Shown here piece after piece: positions 28,109 through 37,613 of a DNA stretch of 64,000 nt. The stretch spans positions 517,963-581,962 of the forward strand of contig NZ_OZ244111.1 in the NCBI RefSeq assembly GCF_965215655.1. Reading direction: 5' to 3'. Numbering within the stretch: the first letter of the stretch is position 1; each line of letters opens with the position of its first letter. The translations under genes were made by a program, and so were the position numbers. The stretch is from Nioella sp. (GTDB taxonomy: Bacteria > Pseudomonadota > Alphaproteobacteria > Rhodobacterales > Rhodobacteraceae). The notes beneath the pieces were generated by a model. The model had not been told where the DNA came from. It searched no databases and saw nothing but the letters and a program-made list of their open reading frames with translations.

Positions 28109-29167
28109 ATGCCGATTGACTTGAAGGATCTGCCGGAACGGATCGAAGGGCCGGGGGCCTGGATGGGGGCGGAGATGGCCGCGCATCCCGATCGCTGGCT
28201 GATGACGCTGACGCAGGAAGACGTTGCCGATCTGGAGCAGGCGGCGGAGGCCTTCCTGGCGACCGGGGCCGATCTGGGGCAGATCACGGCGGAGGCCTTT
28301 CCGCTGCGGCACTTCGCGGGCCATGTGGCGAAGCTGCAGGAGAAGATGCGCAGCGGCAGCGGGGTCGAGGTGATCCGGGGCCTGCCGATGCAGCGCTATG
28401 ATACGCGGATGGCGGCGACGATCTTTTGCGGGATCGGAGCCCATATCGGCTCGGCCCGGTCGCAGAACGCGGCGGGGCATGTGTTGGGGCATGTGCGCAA
28501 TGTGGGGGCAGACCCCGGTGACCCCAATACGCGGATCTACCAGACGGCAGCGCGGCAGACTTTTCACACGGACAGTGCCGATGTGGTGGGGCTGATCTGC
28601 CTGCGCAACGCGAAAGAAGGTGGTGACAGCCTGCTTGTGAGTGCCGAGACGATCTACAACCGGATGCGCGCGACGCGGCCTGATCTGCTGGCGCTGCTCT
28701 TCGACCCGATTGCGACGGATCGCCGGGGCGAAGTGCCCGAGGGCATGAAGCCATGGATGGAGATCCCGCCTTTGAGCTGGCATGACGGCAAACTGACAGT
28801 GTTCTACCAGCGGCAATACATCGACAGCGCGCAGCGGTTCGAGGGGGCGATGCGGCTGACATCGGCGCATGTCGAGGCGCTGGACCTGTTCGACGCATTG
28901 GCCAATGACCCGGATCTGCATTTCCGGATGCGGCTGGAGCCCGGGGACATGCAGTTTGTCTACAACCACGCGCAGCTGCATGACCGGACCGGCTTCACGG
29001 ACTGGCCGGAGCCCGAGAAGCGGCGGCATCTGCTGCGGCTGTGGCTTTCCTTGCCGGGGGACAGGGAATTGCCGGACTGCTTTGCCGAACGGTATGGCAC
29101 TGTCGAAATCGGCAACCGAGGCGGGATCATCGTGCCGGGGACGCGATTGCACGCACCGCTGGATTGA
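28109..29167 (+). CDS. TauD/TfdA (clavaminate synthase-like) Fe(II)/2-oxoglutarate dioxygenase
   Basis: HxD motif FHTDSAD, GGDSLLVS, distal HDRTGF..RHLLRLW. Confidence 0.9.
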   Translation: MPIDLKDLPERIEGPGAWMGAEMAAHPDRWLMTLTQEDVADLEQAAEAFLATGADLGQITAEAFPLRHFAGHVAKLQEKMRSGSGVEVIRGLPMQRYDTRMAATIFCGIGAHIGSARSQNAAGHVLGHVRNVGADPGDPNTRIYQTAARQTFHTDSADVVGLICLRNAKEGGDSLLVSAETIYNRMRATRPDLLALLFDPIATDRRGEVPEGMKPWMEIPPLSWHDGKLTVFYQRQYIDSAQRFEGAMRLTSAHVEALDLFDALANDPDLHFRMRLEPGDMQFVYNHAQLHDRTGFTDWPEPEKRRHLLRLWLSLPGDRELPDCFAERYGTVEIGNRGGIIVPGTRLHAPLD

Positions 29168-29210
29168 GAGGGTGCAAGGCCCTTCGAAGGGCCTTGGCTG
29201 CGCTCCAATA

Positions 29211-30809
29211 TCAGCTGATCGCCGCGGCCTTCACGTCGTCGTCGATGAAGGGCACGTATTGGGCGAAGTTCTCGGCAAACATGTTCACCAGCTTCTGCGC
29301 CTGTGCGTCATAGGCCTCGGGGTTGTCCCAGGTGCGGCGGGGGTCCAGCAACACCTCGGCCACGCCGGGGCAGGACACCGGCACGTCGAAGCCGAAATTC
29401 GTGTCCTTGCGGAACTCGGCATCGTTCAGAGACCCGTCCAGAGCGGCGGTCAGAAGCGCACGGGTGGCGCGGATTGGCATCCGGCTGCCGGTGCCATAGG
29501 CGCCGCCGGTCCAGCCGGTATTGACCAGCCAGCAGGTGGCGCCGTGCTGGGCGATCTTGTCGCGCAGCATGTTGCCGTAGACCTCGGGGCGGCGCGGCAT
29601 GAAGGGGGCGCCGAAGCAGGTAGAGAAGGTGGGTTCTGGTTCCGTCACGCCCCGCTCGGTTCCCGCGACCTTCGAGGTAAAGCCGGACAGGAAGTGATAC
29701 ATGGCCTGCGCTGGTGTCAGCCGGGCAATCGGAGGCAGCACCCCGAAGGCATCGCAGGTCAGCATGATGATGTTCTTCGGGTGCCCGCCAAGGCCGGTGT
29801 CCGATGCGTTGGAGATATAGTCCAGCGGATAGGCGCAGCGCATGTTCGCGGTCAGGCTGTCATCGTCGAAATCGAGCGCGCGGGTTTCGGGATCGAAGAC
29901 CATGTTCTCGATCACCGTGCCGAACTTGGAGGTGGTTGCGTAGATCTCCGGCTCTGCCTCTTCGCGCAGATTGATTGTCTTCGCGTAGCAGCCGCCTTCG
30001 AAGTTGAAGATGCCCTTGTCGGACCAGCCATGTTCATCATCGCCGATCAGCACACGGGCGGGGTCGGCAGACAGCGTCGTCTTGCCGGTACCCGACAGTC
30101 CGAAGAAAACGGCTGCGTCATCGGGATTGTCCACCGCGTGGTTGGCCGAGCAATGCATCGCCATCACGTTCTTGCCGGGCAGGATGTAGTTCAGCAGGGT
30201 GAAGACCGACTTCTTGTTCTCGCCCGCGTATTCGGTGCCACCGATCAGGATCAGCTTCTTTTCGAAGTTGAGCGCGATCACGGTTTCAGTGCGGCAGCCG
30301 TGGCGTTCGGGATCGGCGAAGAAGCTGGGGCAGTTGATGATGGTGAATTCGGGGACGAAGCTGTCTAGCTCTTCCGCGGCGGGACGGCGCAGCAGGTGGC
30401 GGATGAAGAGGCCATGCCAGGCCAGTTCCGTCACCACGCGCACATCCAGTCGATGCTCGGTATCGGCGCCGCCGAACAGGTCCTGCACGAAATACTCGCC
30501 GCCCTTCATATGGGCCAGCATGTCGGCATGCAGCCGGTCAAAAGCGTCGGGCGTCATCGCCGCGTTGTTTTCCCACCAGATCGTGTCTTCGGTCGCGGCG
30601 GAACGCACGACATGTTTGTCCTTTGGCGAGCGGCCAGTGAATTTTCCGGTGGTCACCAGGAAAGCGCCACCCTGCCCGAGAGTGCCTTCGTTCTTGCGAA
30701 GGGCCGCTTCGATCAGGGCGGGTTCGAGCAGGTTATAGTGAACCGAACCGAGGCCGGAAATGCCTTGAGCGTCCAGTGTCTGGGCCGGGTTCACGCGTCC
30801 TGTTGTCAT
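29211..30809 (-). CDS. pckA: phosphoenolpyruvate carboxykinase (ATP)
   Basis: [45 protein letters not shown]. Confidence 0.98.
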   Translation of the reverse strand: MTTGRVNPAQTLDAQGISGLGSVHYNLLEPALIEAALRKNEGTLGQGGAFLVTTGKFTGRSPKDKHVVRSAATEDTIWWENNAAMTPDAFDRLHADMLAHMKGGEYFVQDLFGGADTEHRLDVRVVTELAWHGLFIRHLLRRPAAEELDSFVPEFTIINCPSFFADPERHGCRTETVIALNFEKKLILIGGTEYAGENKKSVFTLLNYILPGKNVMAMHCSANHAVDNPDDAAVFFGLSGTGKTTLSADPARVLIGDDEHGWSDKGIFNFEGGCYAKTINLREEAEPEIYATTSKFGTVIENMVFDPETRALDFDDDSLTANMRCAYPLDYISNASDTGLGGHPKNIIMLTCDAFGVLPPIARLTPAQAMYHFLSGFTSKVAGTERGVTEPEPTFSTCFGAPFMPRRPEVYGNMLRDKIAQHGATCWLVNTGWTGGAYGTGSRMPIRATRALLTAALDGSLNDAEFRKDTNFGFDVPVSCPGVAEVLLDPRRTWDNPEAYDAQAQKLVNMFAENFAQYVPFIDDDVKAAAIS

Positions 30810-30942
30810 TATGCAAGCTCCTGCGCCGTCTCTGCCCGGCGCCTTGGGTGAAACAGAAGGGGTCGCGGCCGGTAGGGAAGGCCGCTGCGACAGGGGCCAT
30901 ATAACATGGCGTTTTCAGCGAGGAACAGGACGCAATCGCACA

Positions 30943-30987
30943 GTTAGCGCAACCAAACTCACCTTTTTTCGGGCCGTTAGCGCTGCC
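30943..30987. promoter_or_regulatory. two LacI-family-like operator sites in the pckA/chvI divergent spacer
   Basis: GTTAGCGCAACC (30943) and GTTAGCGCTGCC (30976), 33 bp apart, near-palindromes of GTTAGCGCTAAC. Confidence 0.45.
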
Positions 30988-31120
30988 TTAAGAGGTGGAT
31001 GGTAGGAAATCGGCCACACCTGTTGCCCCCGGATGCAACTTAGAGATTGATTCTAAAGCCCGAAATGTAGGAGAATAAGAAAAAAACAAGGCAAATCGGG
31101 CAGAATAAGGACATAGTAAC

Positions 31121-31822
31121 ATGTCGAGGATCGCACTCGTCGATGACGACAGGAATATCCTGACCTCCGTTTCCATGACTCTGGAAGCGGAAGGATTTGA
31201 AGTTGAAACCTATAATGACGGGCAGTCGGCCCTGGACGCGTTTACGCGCCGGATGCCGGAACTGGCCGTTCTGGACATCAAGATGCCGCGCATGGACGGC
31301 ATGGATCTGTTGCAGCGCTTGCGCCAGAAAAGCGCGGTGCCGGTGATCTTCCTCACCTCTAAGGATGATGAGATCGACGAACTGATGGGCCTGCGCATGG
31401 GCGCTGACGACTACGTGCGCAAGCCGTTTTCGCAGCGCCTTCTGGTCGAACGCATCCGGTCGATCCTGCGCCGGCAGGAGGCGATTGCCTCTGATGCCGG
31501 GGGCACCCCGGAAGAAAGCCAGGTGATGGTGCGTGGCCCGCTGACCATGGATCCGCTACGCCACGCGGTGACCTGGCATGGCAAGGACGTGTCGCTGACG
31601 GTAACGGAATTCCTGCTGCTACAGGCGCTGGCGCAGCGCCCGGGCTTCGTGAAAAGCCGTGACCAGTTGATGGATGTGGCCTATGACGAACAGGTCTATG
31701 TGGATGACCGGACCATCGACAGCCATATCAAGCGTCTGCGCAAGAAGATGCGTGAAGTGGATTCGGATTTCTCGGCCATCGAAACGCTTTATGGTATCGG
31801 GTACAGGTATAACGAAGACTAA
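31121..31822 (+). CDS. chvI: OmpR-family response regulator ChvI
   Basis: [51 protein letters not shown]; synteny with pckA, chvG and hprK. Confidence 0.95.
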   Translation: MSRIALVDDDRNILTSVSMTLEAEGFEVETYNDGQSALDAFTRRMPELAVLDIKMPRMDGMDLLQRLRQKSAVPVIFLTSKDDEIDELMGLRMGADDYVRKPFSQRLLVERIRSILRRQEAIASDAGGTPEESQVMVRGPLTMDPLRHAVTWHGKDVSLTVTEFLLLQALAQRPGFVKSRDQLMDVAYDEQVYVDDRTIDSHIKRLRKKMREVDSDFSAIETLYGIGYRYNED

Positions 31823-33553
31823 ATGACACTGGCCTCCGACATCGGACCGACCCAAAGGCGCGAACCTGCGGAATCGCAGATCGTGCTGGGGGAAGACTGG
31901 GACCGCCCCGCCGGGGCGGTCGAAGTCGAACTGCGCGATGCGCGGGCCCGGCGCGGGCTGATGTCGCTCAATCGTTCGCCGCTGGCGCGCAAGATCATCC
32001 TGTTCAACCTGCTGGCACTGGTGGTTCTTGTGGCGGGGGTTCTGTTTCTGAACCCGTTCCGCGACAGTCTGGTCTATCAACGCGAACAGGCGCTGGCCGT
32101 CGAAGCGCAGCTTGTGGCCGAGATCTTCGAGGCCAGCCTGCCGCGCACGGCCCCGGCCAACCTGCTGACCGGGGACGGCATCGACCCGGTCGATGTGCTT
32201 GGCCGGATCGGCCTGTCGGATGGCGTCGATGTCTATGTCTTCGCCCCGAATGAAACGCTGGTGGCGTCGACCGGCGACGTCACAACCGAGGCGGCCGCCC
32301 CGATCTCTGGCGCGGATGAGGATCCGGGCCGGTCGCTGGTCATCACCGATTTCCTGAACACCGTCTGGGATGGCATTGCCGGGGTTCTTTCCTCGAGCTC
32401 GAGACCGGCTGAAACGGTATCAACAGAGGACCAGGCGCGAGCTCTGGTAGCAGATGCGCTATCGGGTGAAACCGTTCTTCATGGTGGCAATGGAACGGCG
32501 GGCGCGATCTTCCTCGCGGCCTCGCCGATCGAGGGTGCATCGGGCGTTGTGGGCGTCGTGGCGCTGGCCACCGCCGCGGGGGAGATCGAACAGTTGGTGC
32601 GCGCCGAACGCGAACAGATCCTGCAAATGTTCTTCGTGGCGCTTCTGGTCTCCATCGGCTTGTCGCTGGTACTGGCCTCGACCATTGCCAACCCGCTGTC
32701 GGACCTGTCCGCCGCCGCCGAACTGGGCCGCGACAAGAATGCCCGCAAGATGAGCCCCACGCGGGTGCGCATCCCCGATCTGACCGGCCGTCCCGACGAA
32801 ATCGGCCGCTTGTCCGCCGCGCTGCGCGGCATGGTGGCGGCGCTCTATGACCGAATCGACGGCAATGAACAATTCGCTGCCGACGTGGCGCATGAGGTGA
32901 AGAACCCGCTCGCCTCGCTGCGATCTGCCGTGGGCACGATGAGGCTGGCGCGCACGGATGAACAGCGCACGCGGCTGCTCGATGTCATCGAGCATGACGT
33001 GCGGCGGCTGGACCGGCTGGTATCTGATATCTCCAACGCCTCGCGGCTCGATTCAGAGCTGGTGAAGGAGGAGGCCGATGATTTCGACCTCATCCACATG
33101 CTGTCGAACCTGACCCAGTACCATGCCGAGGAGGCGCAGGGACAAGAGATCGCCTTCATCTCGGACCTGCCCGGCGAACCGGTCAGGTTGCATGGGCTGG
33201 AGGGGCGGCTGGCACAGGTCTTCGTCAACCTGATCACCAATGCGATTTCCTTCTGCGAGGCGGGCGATGCCGTCCGGGTCTGGGCGCGCAAGCGGGAAAA
33301 CCGGGTGCTGGTGGTGGTTGAGGATACTGGCCCAGGCATCCCCGAAGAGGCATTGACCAAGGTGTTCAACCGCTTCTATTCGGAGCGGCCCGTTCAGCAG
33401 TTCGGAGATCATTCCGGCCTTGGCCTTGCGATTTCCAAACAGATTGTCGAGGCGCATGGCGGCGTGATCTGGGCGGAAAACATCCGCCCGACCGAGGCTG
33501 ATATCACGTCGGACCCGCTTGGCGCGCGGTTCGTAGTCGGCCTTCCGCTCTAG
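31823..33553 (+). CDS. chvG: sensor histidine kinase ChvG
   Basis: Two TM helices, HAMP, FAADVAHEVKNPL H-box, NAISF, EDTGPG, FYSERP, HSGLGLAIS. Confidence 0.95.
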   Translation: MTLASDIGPTQRREPAESQIVLGEDWDRPAGAVEVELRDARARRGLMSLNRSPLARKIILFNLLALVVLVAGVLFLNPFRDSLVYQREQALAVEAQLVAEIFEASLPRTAPANLLTGDGIDPVDVLGRIGLSDGVDVYVFAPNETLVASTGDVTTEAAAPISGADEDPGRSLVITDFLNTVWDGIAGVLSSSSRPAETVSTEDQARALVADALSGETVLHGGNGTAGAIFLAASPIEGASGVVGVVALATAAGEIEQLVRAEREQILQMFFVALLVSIGLSLVLASTIANPLSDLSAAAELGRDKNARKMSPTRVRIPDLTGRPDEIGRLSAALRGMVAALYDRIDGNEQFAADVAHEVKNPLASLRSAVGTMRLARTDEQRTRLLDVIEHDVRRLDRLVSDISNASRLDSELVKEEADDFDLIHMLSNLTQYHAEEAQGQEIAFISDLPGEPVRLHGLEGRLAQVFVNLITNAISFCEAGDAVRVWARKRENRVLVVVEDTGPGIPEEALTKVFNRFYSERPVQQFGDHSGLGLAISKQIVEAHGGVIWAENIRPTEADITSDPLGARFVVGLPL

Positions 33554-33557
33554 GGCT

Positions 33558-34019
33558 TTGGGCGATCCCGATACATCCCTTTTGAACCACACCAACGGCC
33601 CTGCGCCGGATGGGCGCGTGTTCTGCCGGGGCACGGCGGTCTGCCTGAACGGGCGGGGGCTGCTGGCCATCGGCCCCTCGGGCAGCGGCAAATCGCAGCT
33701 GGCGCTGGAACTGATGGCGCGTGGCGCGACGCTGGTCGCCGATGACGGGGTCTGGCTGACCGCGGACACCCTTATGGAACGGCCCGACACGGCGCCCCGG
33801 ATGATCGAGGCGCGGGGCATCGGGCTGCTCAACGCCACCACGCTGCAAAGCGCACCCCTGACGCTGGTCGTCGATCTGTCCCGAACCGAGCCCGACCGCC
33901 TGCCGCCGCCCCGAACCGTCGAGGCCCCCGGCGGGACGGTGCCGCTGATCCTGGGCAAGGATCACCCTTTCCTTGCCGCCGCGATCTGCCAATATCTGAC
34001 GCAAGGACGCGCGGAGTAA
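33558..34019 (+). CDS. hprK: HPr kinase/phosphorylase (short alphaproteobacterial form)
   Basis: Walker A GPSGSGKS, LVADD, IEARGIGLL; TTG start. Confidence 0.9.
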   Translation: MGDPDTSLLNHTNGPAPDGRVFCRGTAVCLNGRGLLAIGPSGSGKSQLALELMARGATLVADDGVWLTADTLMERPDTAPRMIEARGIGLLNATTLQSAPLTLVVDLSRTEPDRLPPPRTVEAPGGTVPLILGKDHPFLAAAICQYLTQGRAE

Positions 34020-34025
34020 CCACGG

Positions 34026-34925
34026 ATGGATCACGAAGACCAGACCACCGCAGAAGAGACCGAACGGGTCGTCTTCGTCTCGGGCCCCTCCGGCGCGGGC
34101 CGGTCCACCGCGATCCGGGCACTGGAAGACCTGGGGTTCGAGGCCATCGACAACCTGCCGCTCAGCCTGCTGCCACGGCTTCTGGACGGCCCCCCGCCGA
34201 CCCGGCCCCTGGCGCTTGGCACCGACCCTCGCAACCGGGACTACAGCGCGCAGGCGCTGATCGCGGCTGTCGACAAGCTGGCTGCCGACCCGCGTATTCT
34301 GGCCGATCTGGTCTATCTCGATTGCGCGACCGATGTGCTTGTCCGCCGTTATTCCGAAACTCGCCGTCGTCATCCTCTGGCCCCCGAAGACCGGCCCATT
34401 CTGGGGATCGAACTGGAACAGGATCTGCTGGCGCCGGTGCGCGCGCGGGCGGGCATTCTGATCGACACGTCTGACATGACCCCACATGAGCTGCGCGCCG
34501 AGATACAACGCTGGTTCGCTCCGGGCGGGCAGAAACTGGCCCTGTCGGTGCAGTCCTTCAGCTACAAACGCGGGCTGCCGACGGGGGCCGATCTGGTCTT
34601 TGACTGCCGCTTTTTGCGCAACCCCTACTGGAATGCCGATCTGCGCAGCCTTGATGGCCGCGATGCGGCGGTTGTGGACTATATCGCCGACGATGCCCGC
34701 TTTGCGCCGTTTCTTGCCCAGGTGACCCAGCTGGTGGAAACGCTGCTGCCCGCCTATCAGGAGGAGGGCAAGGCCCACCTGACCGTGGCGTTTGGATGTA
34801 CCGGGGGGCAACACAGATCGGTTGCCGTCACGGAAAAACTGGCCGCCCATCTTGCGCAAGCGGGCTGGCAGGTGTCAAAGAGGCACAGGGAGATTGAACG
34901 CCGGGCCGTGACCCGCGCGCCGTAA
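34026..34925 (+). CDS. rapZ: RNase adapter RapZ (YhbJ/YvcJ P-loop protein)
   Basis: SGPSGAGRS, IDNLP, SFSYKRG, FDCRFLRNPY, GCTGGQHRSV. Confidence 0.95.
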   Translation: MDHEDQTTAEETERVVFVSGPSGAGRSTAIRALEDLGFEAIDNLPLSLLPRLLDGPPPTRPLALGTDPRNRDYSAQALIAAVDKLAADPRILADLVYLDCATDVLVRRYSETRRRHPLAPEDRPILGIELEQDLLAPVRARAGILIDTSDMTPHELRAEIQRWFAPGGQKLALSVQSFSYKRGLPTGADLVFDCRFLRNPYWNADLRSLDGRDAAVVDYIADDARFAPFLAQVTQLVETLLPAYQEEGKAHLTVAFGCTGGQHRSVAVTEKLAAHLAQAGWQVSKRHREIERRAVTRAP

Positions 34926-34943
34926 GCGCCAAGGAAGCTAAAC

Positions 34944-35336
34944 TTGATCGGCATCGTGATCGTTGCACATGGGGGTCTGGCCCGCGAGCTTCAGAATGCC
35001 ATGGAGCATGTGGTGGGCCGAAAGCCTGGCGTGTTGGCCATTTCCATCGGGGCCGAAGATGACCGCACCCGCCGCCAGCGCGAAATCTGCGATGCCGCCG
35101 ACGCGGTGGATATGGGTGATGGCGTGGTGGTGGTCACCGATATGTTCGGCGGCTCACCGTCCAACCTGTCGCTGCGCGCCTGCCGCCCGTCCAATCGCAA
35201 GATCCTGACCGGGGTGAACCTGCCGATGCTGGTGAAGCTGGCGAAATCGCGCAGCCTGCCGGTGGACGAAGCCGTAACCCGCGCCGCCGAAGCCGGACGC
35301 CGATATATCAACAGTTTTGACGGAGCCCCCGAATGA
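34944..35336 (+). CDS. PTS EIIA component, mannose/fructose type (ManX-like)
   Basis: IVIVAHGGLA, VTDMFGGSPSNL, GVNLPML; TTG start. Confidence 0.92.
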   Translation: MIGIVIVAHGGLARELQNAMEHVVGRKPGVLAISIGAEDDRTRRQREICDAADAVDMGDGVVVVTDMFGGSPSNLSLRACRPSNRKILTGVNLPMLVKLAKSRSLPVDEAVTRAAEAGRRYINSFDGAPE

Positions 35337-35611
35337 CCACCCCGACCAAGCGCAAGCTGGACATCGTGAACGTCAAGGGGCTGCATGCCCGCGCCTCGGC
35401 GAAATTCGTAGAAACGGTCGAGCAGTTCGACGCCAGTGCCACAGCCTACAAGGATGGGCTGAGCGCCGCCGGAGACTCCATTATGGGGCTTTTGATGTTG
35501 GCAGCCTCTCAGGGAACCACTATTGAGGTGGAAACCAGCGGGCCAGAGGCAGAACAGCTGATGGATGCCCTTTCGGCACTTGTTGCTGACAAGTTCGGTG
35601 AAGGCATGTAA
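35333..35611 (+). CDS. ptsH: phosphocarrier protein HPr/NPr
   Basis: GLHARASAKFV (His15 site), DSIMGLLML (Ser46 site). Confidence 0.95.
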   Translation: MTTPTKRKLDIVNVKGLHARASAKFVETVEQFDASATAYKDGLSAAGDSIMGLLMLAASQGTTIEVETSGPEAEQLMDALSALVADKFGEGM

Positions 35612-35649
35612 GCCCGTACACTCAGGGTGGAATCGGGGAAAGAGGACCG

Positions 35650-36552
35650 TTGACCGACGTGACAACGCCAGATGCAGGGCAACAGGCCCGGCCCGCAGAG
35701 GGCCAGCAGCAGCCGGTCTATGACCGGCGCAGCCTGACCTATGCGTCGTCTTTCGATTCGCCGCTGCGCTCGACCGTGATCCGGGCCATCGAGTGGTTTA
35801 CCGGCAAGCTGACCATCGTGCGCCGGGTGCGCCAGTTCGAGCGGATGGGCGCGCCCAAGGGGCAGGCCTTCTGGCCCGCGACGATGAAGGTGATGGGCAT
35901 CGACCTGCAAACCCCGGCGCATCAACTGGACCGGATTCCTGCTGAGGGGCCTGTCGTTTTCGTGGCCAACCACCCGCATGGGCTGGTCGATGGCATGATC
36001 CTTGCCGACCTGATTGGTCGCCGCCGCGATGATTACCGGATTCTGACCCGCTCGCTTCTGACCGGGATCGACGAAAGCGCGGCGAGCTACATGATTCCGG
36101 TGCCGTTCCCGCACCAGCCCGACGCGCAGCGGGAAATGATCCGCATGCGCGCAGCGGCGATGGCCCATTTGCAGGACCACGGGCTGATCGCGCTGTTTCC
36201 CTCGGGCGTTGTCGCCACATCGGCCACCGCCTTCGGTCCGGTGATCGAGCAGGAATGGAACGTGTTCACCGCCAAGATGATCCGCCGCTCGGGCGCGACC
36301 ATCGTGCCGTGTTTCTTCCAGGGCACCAATTCGCGCGCTTACCAGATCGCCAACCGGGTGTCTCCGGTCGTGCGCCAGGGGCTGTTGCTGCACGAGGTGG
36401 TGAAAAGCTTCGACAAGCCGCAAGCCCCGATCATCGGCCATGCAATCACGCCAGATCAGTGGGATGGCCCGATCCAGAACCCGCGCCAGTTCATGGCGCA
36501 GCTGCGCGAGCATACGCTTGGGCTGAAGGCCGATCCTGACCGCGTGTTCTGA
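35650..36552 (+). CDS. lysophospholipid acyltransferase family protein (probable SalA aminolipid acyltransferase by synteny)
   Basis: FVANHPHGLVDG, LFPSGVVA; lies between HPr and hbd; TTG start with SD GAGGA. Confidence 0.85.
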   Translation: MTDVTTPDAGQQARPAEGQQQPVYDRRSLTYASSFDSPLRSTVIRAIEWFTGKLTIVRRVRQFERMGAPKGQAFWPATMKVMGIDLQTPAHQLDRIPAEGPVVFVANHPHGLVDGMILADLIGRRRDDYRILTRSLLTGIDESAASYMIPVPFPHQPDAQREMIRMRAAAMAHLQDHGLIALFPSGVVATSATAFGPVIEQEWNVFTAKMIRRSGATIVPCFFQGTNSRAYQIANRVSPVVRQGLLLHEVVKSFDKPQAPIIGHAITPDQWDGPIQNPRQFMAQLREHTLGLKADPDRVF

Positions 36553-36558
36553 GCGCCC

Positions 36559-37434
36559 TTAGCGGGTCGGAACCGGAACATCTCCGCGATAATCGTAGAA
36601 GCCGCGCTGCGTCTTGCGGCCAAGCCAGCCCGCCTCGACATATTTGGTCAGCAGCGGGCAGGGGCGGTACTTGGTGTCTGCCAGCCCGTCATGCAGCACG
36701 TTCATGATCGCAAGGCAGGTGTCCAGACCGATGAAATCCGCCAGTTCCAGCGGCCCCATCGGGTGGTTGGCCCCCAGCTTCATCGACTCGTCGATGGACT
36801 TCACGTTTCCGACGCCTTCGTAGAGCGTATAGACCGCCTCGTTGATCATTGGCATCAGGATGCGGTTGACGATGAAGGCGGGGAAATCCTCTGCCGTTGC
36901 GGCGGTTTTCCCAAGCTTGTCCACCACGGCCTTGCAGGCGGCGAAGGTCTCCTCATCCGTGGCGATCCCGCGGATCAGCTCCACCAGTTGCATCACCGGA
37001 ACCGGGTTCATGAAGTGGAAGCCCATGAACTTCTCCGGCCGGTCGGTGCGGCTGGCAAGACGGGTGATCGAGATCGACGACGTGTTGGAGGTCAGGATCG
37101 TGTCGGGCTTCAGATGCGGCAGAAGGTCCTCGAAAATCGCCTGCTTGACGGTTTCACGTTCCGTTGCGGCCTCGATGATCAGGTCAGACGGGCCAAGATC
37201 GGTCAGTTTCAGCGTGGTCGAGATGCGTCCAAGCGCGGCGGCCTTGTCCTCCGCGCTAACCTTACCCCGGCTGACCTGCCGTTCGATATTGCGGTCGATC
37301 AGGGCCATGGCCTTGTCGAGGCTGTCTTGGGAAACATCATTCATAACAACGTCGTACCCGGCCAATGCACAGACATGGGCAATGCCGTTGCCCATCTGTC
37401 CCGCGCCGACGATGCCAATCTTCTGAATGTCCAT
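36559..37434 (-). CDS. hbd: 3-hydroxybutyryl-CoA dehydrogenase
   Basis: GIVGAGQMGNGIA, EAATE, SNTSSIS, GFHFMNPVPVM, HPMGPLELADFIGLD. Confidence 0.95.
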   Translation of the reverse strand: MDIQKIGIVGAGQMGNGIAHVCALAGYDVVMNDVSQDSLDKAMALIDRNIERQVSRGKVSAEDKAAALGRISTTLKLTDLGPSDLIIEAATERETVKQAIFEDLLPHLKPDTILTSNTSSISITRLASRTDRPEKFMGFHFMNPVPVMQLVELIRGIATDEETFAACKAVVDKLGKTAATAEDFPAFIVNRILMPMINEAVYTLYEGVGNVKSIDESMKLGANHPMGPLELADFIGLDTCLAIMNVLHDGLADTKYRPCPLLTKYVEAGWLGRKTQRGFYDYRGDVPVPTR

Positions 37435-37613
37435 GTCCCGTACCTCTGGCCCAGTGTTTCGCCCGCACAATAGGCGCGGGGGACGGGGGCAGACAAGGTC
37501 AAACGCCGCGGCGGATTGTGCGAAAAATCACCACAAGTTTTCGGTTTAGCCATTTGGAAACGGCCACGGCGCAAATTGGGTCCGGGTGAGTCGAAACATG
37601 GGTGGAGCAAGCC

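Noticed and set aside
37540-37565. CtrA site upstream of the DUF6473-like gene
   Set aside because: Too many mismatches to TTAA-N7-TTAA
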